A stretch of 64,000 nucleotides of DNA. Origin: Eledone cirrhosa. Its lineage: Eukaryota. Where the stretch lies: contig OZ024740.1 in NCBI GenBank assembly GCA_964016885.1, positions 173,414,001 through 173,478,000 of the forward strand, written 5' to 3'. Under the pieces are notes generated by a model, which saw only the letters and a list, made by a program, of their open reading frames with translations, was not told where the DNA came from and did no database searches. Positions 55,123 through 64,000 of the stretch are shown here, in pieces; the first letter of the stretch is position 1, and the number at the start of each line of letters is the position of its first letter. Made by a program: the position numbers and the translations under genes.

Positions 55123-58100
55123 TTAGATATGCCTACTGGCAAGGCGGGTCTTCTCTGTTACTGAGTACCGCCAAAGGTCACGGTCCAGTGACATTGTCTT
55201 GGAGAGGTGTAAGTGTGTGAGGTCGGAGTTTATCAGCTCATCCCATGTTTTTCTAGGTCTGCCTATTCCGTGGCTACCGTCTATCTTTATTGCCCTGCAC
55301 TTTGTAATACAGCTATCGACTTTCATGCGCATCACGTGTCCATACCAACGCAGCCTTCTCTCGAGTAAACAACATCTGATCCCTCTTATCTCTAATTTTT
55401 TCCTTAGTTCGTTTATGCTTTGCCGTTCACGTATATTACTGTTACACATCCAGCGGAGCATGCAAGCTTCGTTCCTCTCTAGTCTGCGTATATCCTCTGC
55501 ACACAATGCCCAGGTCTCACTACCATGCAACATTGCTGTTCGTATGCAGGCATCGTACAACCTGCCTTTCATTTTTAGGGAGAACCCTTTAGCAGCTAAT
55601 AGTGGTATAAGCTCTCTGAACTTTTTCCAACCAGTTCTGACTCTAGCTACAGTACTTTCAGAGCACCCTCCCCCACTGCTGATTTTATCGCCCAGGTAAC
55701 GGAAGCTGTCCACTATTTCTATAGAACCCTCTGCGCAATTGAAAGAGCTAGTATTTTGTGGGCACTTGCTGCTACTTATTGCACCAGAACACCGGCCACA
55801 TGTAAAGTCTATGTTCTTAGTTAGCTTACCTGTGATCCCACTACATCTTTTATGCACCCATACTTTGCATTTAGGACATAAGATGGAGTTTCTACCTACG
55901 CCTTTCCTACATACCGAGCACGACCATTTCCCAGAAGGGACCGCCGCCTTGTTTTCTTTCCTACAAACTAGAACTTTGGTCTTAGCCAGGTTAATTTTAA
56001 GTCCTTTTGACTCTAGGCCGTGCTTCCATGTTTGGAATTTCTTCTCTAGCTCGGCCATTGATTCCGCTATGAGTGTCAGGTCGTCTGCGTATAGGAGTTC
56101 CCATGGGCAGCCTGTCTTGAACTCCTCTGTTATAGCCTGAAGGGCAATAATAAATAGTAGGGGGCTGAGAACAGAGCCCTGATGGACGCCAACTTTTACG
56201 CTAAACTCTTCACTATATTCGTTGTTAATTCTAACCTTGCTGACTGTTTCTTTATACATGGCTTGTATAGCCCTCACAAGCCATTCGTCAACGCCTAGTT
56301 TTCTAAGAGCCCACCAGATAATGGAGCGGGGGACTCTGTCGAAGGCTTTCTCCAGGTCGACAAAAGCTAAGTAGAGGGGTTTACCTTTAGCTAGGTACTT
56401 CTCCTGTAGTTGTCGTACTATGAAAAGAGCGTCTGTGGTGCTTTTGCCTGACACAAACCCGAACTGCATTTCATCTAGATCAATTCTCTCTCTGATTAGT
56501 TGCGCTATTACTTTTTCCGTGACCTTCATGACCTGGTCGATTAATTTAATGCCTCTATAGTTACTCCTATCTAGGGCGTCTCCTTTACCCTTATAACAGT
56601 TAACGATGATGCTGCTATGCCAGTCCTTCGGAACAACCCCATTCTGTACGACTTGGTTAACTATGCGGGTGACCATGGTGTGTCCCACCGTGCCAGATGC
56701 CTTCAGCATCTCAGCAACTATTTCCGAAGGCCCAGCCGCCTTACCAGTCTTCATATCCTTGATTGCCTTACTTATTATACTCCCCTCGACTAACACTGCT
56801 GGTCCCTCTATCGGGTCGATAAGGGGGAGACTGTCTTTCTCCCATTTATTCTCCTCATTTAGTAGCCTTTCATAGTGACACTTCCAAGCTACCTTCTTAT
56901 CAGTGTCGGTGATGGCAAGTATGCCATCATCGTTAAGTACACACTTCTCCCCGACAATATCACGGTTTTCCTTGACGCATTGCCTGGCAATCCTGAACAC
57001 CTCACGTTTTTGGTCATCGCGTTGTAGAACATGCTTGAACTTTCTTTCCTCAGCTTCCCTTCTTGCTAAGTACACTTCTCTCCTAGCTTCCCTCCTGGCC
57101 ACTTGATAGTCTACTCTACTTCCCCCATCCCGCCATACTTTCCAAGCCTGCTTTTTGGCCTTAATTGACCCCTCCACCCTATTGTTCCACCACCATGTTA
57201 CTCTCCTCCTGCCTACAGGCCTGCTCCAGCCACAGACTTCGTCTGTCGCCAACAGCAGGTTTGCTTTCAGAAATTTCCACTGTCCCTCTATATTGTCCGA
57301 TTCTAGATGCTCTTCCTTACTGTCGAAAGCATCAAGTAATATGCTTTGAAATTTATTTCTGGCTGTGGGGTCCTTTAGTTTCCATATTTTCCTCCTGAGG
57401 ATAGTCCTCTTCTGCTGTCGGGTGCGTCTCGTCCTGACTATGAGGTCGCTAATTATCAGTCTATGTTGGGAGGTGCATTCTTCATGGGGGAGGGATTTAG
57501 TGTTTACAACAGACACTCTGTCACGTCTTCTGGTAAGGATATAATCTACCTGGCTTGTGTGTTCCCCGGATCTATAGGTAATCAGGTGATTGTCACGTTT
57601 TTTGAAGTTAGTGTTACAGATAGTTAGGTTATTTGCATCACAGTATTCCAGAATTCTGGAGCCTTCCTCATTTCTAGTACCAAACCCATAGCCTCCATGG
57701 ATTTCGTCATAGCCGTCACAATGTTGTCCAACGTGACCATTTAGGTCGCCTGCAATAATTATATAGTCACTGTCAGATATTTGGGAGGTAGTTAGCAACA
57801 GTGTCTCATAGAATCTGTCTTTTATAGTGCCGGGCAGTCCGGATTGGGGTGCGTACGCAGATATTACTGTCACCGTAGTTCTATTGAGGACAAGTCTTAT
57901 TTTAATTATTCTGTCGTTCACTCTATTTACGTCTATTATCTTATCTGCCCACTTTTCTGCTACCATGATTCCTACTCCACCCAGCCCATCGTCGTTTCCC
58001 ACCCAGAAAAGCTTATAACATCGTTTTTTACCCTCAATGAATCTAGCAGACCCACCCCTCCACCTGGTCTCTTGAATACAACAAACATCGACCTCCTTAC

Positions 58101-58377
58101 GTTCAAGCATTTCTACAACCTCGTTAGCGCGACCCTTTAGGGTGCCTACATTTATGGTACCAACTCTGAAGTTTTGGGTTGCGTTTGGAGGGTGGGGGTG
58201 GTGGGGGGCGGGAGGAGATAGGGTTATGTTAGCCATCCGCGGACGAAACAAAGAGGAGTGCTCGCATTCTCGTCCACGAGGTGAATTTGACTTGAACTTT
58301 GGCATTTTCGCTCTGGGCGTCCAGATTTTTCTCTCCCTTCCACTCTCCAGGATTCCGCAGTCCGTCCGTCCATCCAT
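55123..58377 (-). CDS. RTE ORF: APE endonuclease + reverse transcriptase with inserted PHD-type zinc finger
   Basis: APE motifs TINVGTL, IQETRW, SAYAPQ, GDLNGHVG, VDYIL, SQH; RT motifs QFGF, FVDLEKAFDRVPR, GVHQGSVLSPLLF, YADD, YLG; C4HC3 at 55789-55920. First ATG at 58377 (alternatives 58305, 58236); the ORF-track start at 58401 is TTG. Confidence 0.96.
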   Translation of the reverse strand: MDGRTDCGILESGRERKIWTPRAKMPKFKSNSPRGRECEHSSLFRPRMANITLSPPAPHHPHPPNATQNFRVGTINVGTLKGRANEVVEMLERKEVDVCCIQETRWRGGSARFIEGKKRCYKLFWVGNDDGLGGVGIMVAEKWADKIIDVNRVNDRIIKIRLVLNRTTVTVISAYAPQSGLPGTIKDRFYETLLLTTSQISDSDYIIIAGDLNGHVGQHCDGYDEIHGGYGFGTRNEEGSRILEYCDANNLTICNTNFKKRDNHLITYRSGEHTSQVDYILTRRRDRVSVVNTKSLPHEECTSQHRLIISDLIVRTRRTRQQKRTILRRKIWKLKDPTARNKFQSILLDAFDSKEEHLESDNIEGQWKFLKANLLLATDEVCGWSRPVGRRRVTWWWNNRVEGSIKAKKQAWKVWRDGGSRVDYQVARREARREVYLARREAEERKFKHVLQRDDQKREVFRIARQCVKENRDIVGEKCVLNDDGILAITDTDKKVAWKCHYERLLNEENKWEKDSLPLIDPIEGPAVLVEGSIISKAIKDMKTGKAAGPSEIVAEMLKASGTVGHTMVTRIVNQVVQNGVVPKDWHSSIIVNCYKGKGDALDRSNYRGIKLIDQVMKVTEKVIAQLIRERIDLDEMQFGFVSGKSTTDALFIVRQLQEKYLAKGKPLYLAFVDLEKAFDRVPRSIIWWALRKLGVDEWLVRAIQAMYKETVSKVRINNEYSEEFSVKVGVHQGSVLSPLLFIIALQAITEEFKTGCPWELLYADDLTLIAESMAELEKKFQTWKHGLESKGLKINLAKTKVLVCRKENKAAVPSGKWSCSVCRKGVGRNSILCPKCKVWVHKRCSGITGKLTKNIDFTCGRCSGAISSSKCPQNTSSFNCAEGSIEIVDSFRYLGDKISSGGGCSESTVARVRTGWKKFRELIPLLAAKGFSLKMKGRLYDACIRTAMLHGSETWALCAEDIRRLERNEACMLRWMCNSNIRERQSINELRKKLEIRGIRCCLLERRLRWYGHVMRMKVDSCITKCRAIKIDGSHGIGRPRKTWDELINSDLTHLHLSKTMSLDRDLWRYSVTEKTRLASRHI

Positions 58378-58422
58378 CCATCCATCATATATCGAAGGCA
58401 ACCGGGCAAGCGATAGTATAGG

Positions 58423-58652
58423 CCTCTGGCTTATGATTTGGTCCGCGTAATAATAATAATGGTGATGCGTGGGGGTGTGGGGGTCTCTGGCTTATAATAA
58501 TGGTGGTGATGCGGGGGGGGGGGGGGGGCTCTGGCTTATGATTGGTCCACGTATTAAGTATGGTGGCGTGTGGGGGTGGGAGGGAGGGGTGTGGGGTAGC
58601 TAGCTGGAAGGTTATGAATGTTTTAGCTAGCTGGAAGGTTATGAGTGTTTAA
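58423..58652. repeat. Tandem repeats in the RTE 5' UTR
   Basis: Three imperfect ctctggcttat...atggtg..g-run units and two agctagctggaaggttatga.tgttt units. Confidence 0.8.
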
Positions 58653-58897
58653 CAAGCGATTTAACAAAAAGCAAAACTGCAAGATTTGTTCTGTTCAATA
58701 CGACAAAAACACCGTATTTAAACCTTAAATAGATAACAAAAAAAATACAGATTTCGGATTTTGCGATCTATTTAAGGTTTTGTTATCTATTTATATAGTT
58801 ATATTTGGAAATTGTCATGATGCCAATATTGCCAATAAAAAGAAACACACACCAGCTAATTTTCCCTTTATCTTTATTGCCCATTATTCCTTTGTTT

Positions 58898-58940
58898 GTC
58901 AAAGTTCTTTTGTCACACATTCCGTGACCTCCTCAATGAC
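58898..58940 (-). ncRNA. Decayed minimal hammerhead in the Penelope pLTR
   Basis: gtca ttgagga g gtcac-ggaatgt-gtgac aaaa gaac TT tgac; two core transitions (C3, G12), stems intact. Confidence 0.55.
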
Positions 58941-59624
58941 TATCTGTTTTGTGCCTCCTCTTTCGCCTGGTCTTAAACTTCTACTCCATCTTGTCTTTGT
59001 TTTGTGGTGCATTTTTCATGTCTGTGCATGCATTTGTGCCTGCGCCTTCGTCTGTGTATGTGTGTTTTATTTTTTGTGTTTGTCATGTCTATATGTGTTT
59101 TATATGTGTGTGTGTGGGGTTGCACCGTTTGCTGTTTTACTGTTTGTGTCTTTTTTTTCTCTATTCTGTCTTCAGTCATTAAGTTACTATTCCACTCGTG
59201 TTTTCTGTTCACACAAGGTCTATCTTCTATTACGTGTGTGGCCTCAGTAATTTATCCAAGAGTTGCATCAGTTCTATGTGTGGATAGGATCTTTATTTCT
59301 AAGTTATCTAGTTTGTCATGTTGGTGTGTTGTATGAGTTTATGTAGACCCTCTGTGGATTTATTACTGAGTTGTTGTGCCTGTCAGACTGTCTCCTAATG
59401 TATTGTTCTAGAATCTGTCAGAGTTTTCCCTAGCTATGGTGAATTGTGCTTCTGTTTCGTTGTCTGTTTTTAGTGCAATAAAGACTCACTTATTAAAAGG
59501 TTAAGTTTGTTGGATAAATGTGATTCCTGTCATATGTATTGTCAGTCACATTGAAAAATATGTTGTTAATAGGGTTTCTATTTGTGTCTGCATCCCTTAC
59601 GTTAGTTGTGTTGTTTTCAGTGTT

Positions 59625-60022
59625 ACTGTGTGTTGTTGTTGCTGTTGTCATTATTGTTGCTATTGTTATTACAATTATTATTATTGTTGTTGTTGTTGTT
59701 GTTACTGAGGTTGACATTATCGCTATTATTCCTGTCATTGTTGTTGGTGTCTTCTGTGTGTGTGTTATTGTTGCTAGTGTGCTTTCTGTTTGTGTGCATG
59801 GGTGTGTGTTATCAGTACATTTCATATTTCTAACCCTTTCCCCTCTTACCTTACCAATTCCTTCACCCCAATTTGTTCTGCTGCTATCGTTGTTCCTTAT
59901 TGTTATTGTTGCTGTTGTTGTTCTTGGCACGATCGTTTGTGTTGTTGTTGCGGACATGTTTTGAGTTGTTGTTGTTATTATTCATGTTGTTACTGCTGAT
60001 ACTGTTTGTGTTGTTGTTATTG
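59625..60022. repeat. (GTT)n/(ATT)n low-complexity tract
   Basis: Read directly; source of the Thr/Val/Leu-rich pseudo-ORFs. Confidence 0.85.
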
Positions 60023-60421
60023 TTCAAATTCCATCGAACTTTTGTGAACATTTTTTTCTATTTCTGATAAGCATTTTATCTTAGTGATCTTTCTGTATAC
60101 TGCGAACTTAGGTGCTAGTTGGAGGATCATTTGTTCCTCCAGATCGACTGTTGTTTCTCCATAGATGTTTGCCTGGTTGTCTCCAATGAATTTTGCTACA
60201 AGTAGGACATCTGTTGTATATATACCTTTGATCTCATTTGGGTAGTTTTTCTCCCTTCTTACTCATGCTTTCTGTGTAGTTTTGGGGTTTTCTTTTCAAC
60301 CAGGTTACTTTTTTTATTAAAGTGTTTACAACACTTCTATCAAGTGTATTTGCACTCCTGGTGTATAATGACACAACCAGCAAAATACAAACCCACATAC
60401 ACATAAACATGACCAACACAA

Positions 60422-60489
<68 letters not shown>

Positions 60490-61200
60490 TGACACACGAA
60501 AAACAAATAAATGAATAATGAACAATAAAGATAAAGTGAAAATGATATGGTGTGTATGTGCGTTTCTTTCTATTGGCAATATTGGCAACATGACCATCTC
60601 CAAATATAATAGTATCGGTTTCAATACATGATTTCACATCAAGAATCTTACAGAACAAATACATAAACATTATATATATATGTATATATATCATATCCTC
60701 AATAAAATGTATCTATTATAGATTTCTTTCATTGGAAAAAGGAATGCCAAAGTCATTTAAATTCATACATAAGAATGAATTAATGCATAAAATATTCACT
60801 GAATACAATAAAGATGTTGGAATATTGACCTTTTGAAAACACTGACCTTATAAAATAATGATCAAAATATCAAAAGCAAACTGCTTGCAAGATATATTTC
60901 AGAAATTGGAAGAAAACAAGAGCATGATGTATGCATCATTTCATGTGTTGAATCTTGTAATTTCTTTTATTTTATACTTTAAGCATGGTCACTCAAAGTC
61001 TGAAAAAGAAATATCTGATAAATCTTAAATTCCAAAGACACCACAAATCTCACAGCTTTAGGGTCAAAATGTCTCTCGCACTGACAGTCCTCTGCTGGAA
61101 CACATCCAACTGGATGCTATGTATGTACTAATTATCTGGTCTTAGCACATAATTCATGACAATTTCAAAACCCACCTCAGTCCCATTTCCCTACAACTAA

Positions 61201-61388
61201 TAATTGCTTCTACTTTTGGCAAAAGGCCAGCAATTATCCCAGTGCATTACTGGTGCTTTATTTTATCGACCCTGTGAGGATGAAAGTCAAAGTTAACCTC
61301 GGTGGGATTTGAACTTAGAGCGTAAAGGGCCATAACTATGCTGCAAAGGATGGTGTCTGATGCTCTACCGATACTGCAAATCCACCGC
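61201..61388 (-). mobile_element. SINE family B with TSD cctacaactaat
   Basis: TSD at about 61190-61201 and 61388-61399. Confidence 0.88.
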
Positions 61389-61699
61389 CTACAACTAATT
61401 ATCACTGTCAATTAGTTCTTTTCAGTACTTTGTACTACAACTGGGTCCTACACTATTTGATACATGAAGCCCTATATGATAAATAGGGTGTAATGTTATT
61501 TCCCCACAACTACTACTATATTTATGTACCTATTGCTATTTTCTAGAAGATTTAATTAAATTGTAAAAAATTTCAAAGCTGTCTATCCTTCTTTGATGAT
61601 GGACCCTGTCTGAAATGCCAGAGTTTGCTTCTTTCTCACAGCAAAATGAAATAGAATATTCCATTTGACAAAGATAGAGGTACATCAGGACAGAGCTTA

Positions 61700-61940
61700 T
61701 CCTGTTTTAATGTGGTGTTAAGCAACAGAATACAAAACTCCTCCTTGGATGGGATACCAATCCAACACAAGGTTAACTCTCAGCTATTGCTACTGGTGTT
61801 CATTTTTGTAGATGATTGAACTAGATCAATGTGAAATAAAGTGCCTTACTCAAGGACACAATGCACAACCCAATCCAAGAATTGAACCCACATCCTTACT
61901 AACACGAGACCAACACCCTAACCACCAGGCTGTCACCTTC
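61700..61940 (-). mobile_element. Decayed tRNA/CORE-V-type SINE
   Basis: caatgtgaaataaagtgccttactcaaggacacaa shared with SINE A; tRNA-like head. Confidence 0.65.
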
Positions 61941-62439
61941 ACTTGCCATTACTATTTTGATATCTGCCACTGTTGTTTGCAACCAGTCAGAGAGATCTTT
62001 ACAACATTAGAATGCAACAGGCATTCCCTACAGATTACTCAAAAGTGTAGTATTTATAAATTTGCGACAGTTGTTTGTACCAGTGATGGTAGTCAATATA
62101 AAGTTATTTTAACAAAAACTATTACACACTTCTAACAGTAGTATTCTAGTCTATTAAATATGTGAAGCAGCTGTTTCTATAACCTGCAAAGACCTATTTA
62201 AATGCAAATGTAGAAAATTTAGAGGAAATTATATTGTGCAGGGGGCTCATAATTTATGGCAGGACACAGCCAAAGAGCCAGAGATATGTGCTCTAGAAAT
62301 AAAAGTTTGACAATGTTTTATTATTAAAGGTTTTATCACACCATTAAAAAGGCCAATAATCAAATAAATTATCCACTTAGTTCAAAAAATAAAGCAAAGT
62401 TTAAACTCTGCTTCTTGAAATCTGTCTCCACTACTTTGT

Positions 62440-64000
62440 ACCATGTCTTTCTAGCTCTCCTTCCACAGGTTACATACACTTCAAATACTTAACACTTCTT
62501 TATACAACTGCCCCTATATACTTCTACACTTGCATAAGTTGCATGGGTTCTTTTTAGCACAGCATCTCCCCACTCGCTGTGTTCCTTCATCATCTACTCT
62601 GTGAGTCTCAGTGATTTGCGATCAGCTCTCACCACCTTTGCCCTCATTTTCCTTGGTGTACATTCCTTCCATTGGGATTTCCTGGTGCATCTTCACCCAG
62701 CAATCATCATCCATGCACATCATGTCAGTACCAACACAGTCTTCTCTCTTGCATACAACTTCAGATTACACTTAAACTCAGTTTCTTTCTCAGTCCATCC
62801 AGATTCTGTCTTTCTCTCACATTTACATAGCACATCCAACAAAGCATGGTTGCTTCATTTCTCTCCAGCCTACACAGGTCTTCTGCAGTCACTGCCCATG
62901 CAGTGAAACTTTGCACACAGGTGTCATACAGCTGCCCTTTGGCATGTAGGGAGAAACTTTTTATTGTCAACAGTGGGAGTAGCTCTTTAAACTTCTTCCA
63001 TCCTATCCTTATTCTAGCTATTATGCTCTCAGAGCACTCTCTTCCACTGCTAATTACATCACCTAAATAGAAGAAGCTATCAATCACTTCTATGGATCCT
63101 TCATGTGATTAGAAAAAGTTTATATCACTGACACTACCCATTGATTACCCCTGTGCATCTTCATACAAAGTCTTCCCTTCCCGATAGTCTACCTGATATC
63201 CCACTATATCTCTCATTTACTCAAGATTTACATTGTGCACATCATATAAAGTTTATGCCTACTCCTTTTCTACATATTGAGCAAGGCCACTTCCCTGAAG
63301 GAATCAGGATCCTATCTTCTTTCCTACTAACTAGCACTTTAGTTTTGGCTAAGTTTATGCTCAGACCTTTGGATTCCAAATTTTGTTTCCATAGGCATAA
63401 CTTATTCTTTAGTTCTTTTATGGACCAGATAATTACATAGAGCAGTTCACATGGTCAGCGAGTTTTAAACTCCTCTGTTATGACCTGGAGAACTATGATG
63501 AACAACAGTGTGCTGAAAACTGAACCCTAATGAACTCTTATTTGTATCTTGAATTCCTCATTAAACTCACTTCCAATTCTCACTTTAATAACAGCTCGTC
63601 TGTACATGGCATGCACTGCTCTCACAAGCCATTCTTCTAGACCTAATTTCCTTAAGGACCACCAGATAATAGATTGAGGTATTCTGTCAAAGGACTTTTC
63701 TAGATCAACAAAAGCTAAATATAGCAGCTTATTCTTGGCTAGGCATTTCTTTTGTAATAGTTTCACTGAGAAGAGGTCATCTGTAGTACTTTTCCCAGGT
63801 ATGAAACCAAACTGCATCTCATCTAATTTGACTCTTTCCCTAATTAGCTGTGCTATATCTCTTTCCATCACTTTTATAACTTAGTCCATTAGTTTTATTC
63901 CTCTATAGTTGCTCCTTTCTAGAGCATCACCTTTACCCTGGTGACAATTTATGATTGTACTACTATGCCAGTTGTTGGGTATTACTCCGTCCTGTATTAC
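62440..64000 (-). mobile_element. Decayed RTE LINE related to the intact copy (runs off the window)
   Basis: IAQLIRERVKLDEMQFGF, LAFVDLEKSFDRIP, PHD remnant, FFYLGD, with frameshifts and stops. Confidence 0.9.

Larger units (their letters stand above)
54768..58780 (-). mobile_element. Full-length, apparently intact RTE-clade LINE
   Basis: Single uninterrupted ORF; repeat-containing 5' UTR (5' boundary approximate); ~350-nt 3' UTR ending ggacgttaaacgtt(gat)n. Confidence 0.93.
58799..60670 (-). mobile_element. Internally deleted Penelope-like element with inverted pseudo-LTRs
   Basis: N-terminal remnant IYGETTVDLEEQMILQLAPKFAVYRKI (about 60040-60190); GIY-YIG C-terminal remnant LEIKILSTHRTDATLG*ITEA..RPCVNRKHEW (about 59190-59310); 58799-58898 is inverted relative to about 60502-60609. 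Confidence 0.7.

Noticed and set aside
55199-58450. Plus-strand ORFs overlapping the LINE
   Set aside because: Antisense shadows of the RTE ORF
59493-60067. Mucin-like or membrane-like ORFs
   Set aside because: (GTT)n low-complexity tract inside a Penelope-like relic

Overview
AT-rich, repeat-dense eukaryotic DNA. The SINE tails, (TA)n arrays and RTE/R4/Penelope content point to a cephalopod, probably an octopus (inference). One host gene is supported: arfaptin (AH/BAR domain) on the minus strand, with four phase-compatible coding exons (29439-29029, 28556-28463, 24346-24172, 20549-20397) and several weaker upstream candidate exons, including a 9-nt microexon. The rest is mostly mobile DNA: an intact RTE LINE (APE + RT with an inserted PHD-type finger, about 54768-58780, minus), decayed RTE, R4/Dong, CRE and Penelope-like elements, two tRNA-derived SINE families, a mini-Helitron, MITEs and multi-kb (TA)n arrays. 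The most notable signal is a set of type I hammerhead ribozyme motifs. A complete one (41130-41211) sits in a structured 482-bp unit present as a 1.14-mer, which looks like a retrozyme or a copy made from a circular RNA. A second lies about 620 bp away (41831-41881), and minimal covarying copies occur in Penelope-like terminal repeats (5119-5160, 58898-58940). All calls were made by eye, and boundaries of decayed repeats are approximate.
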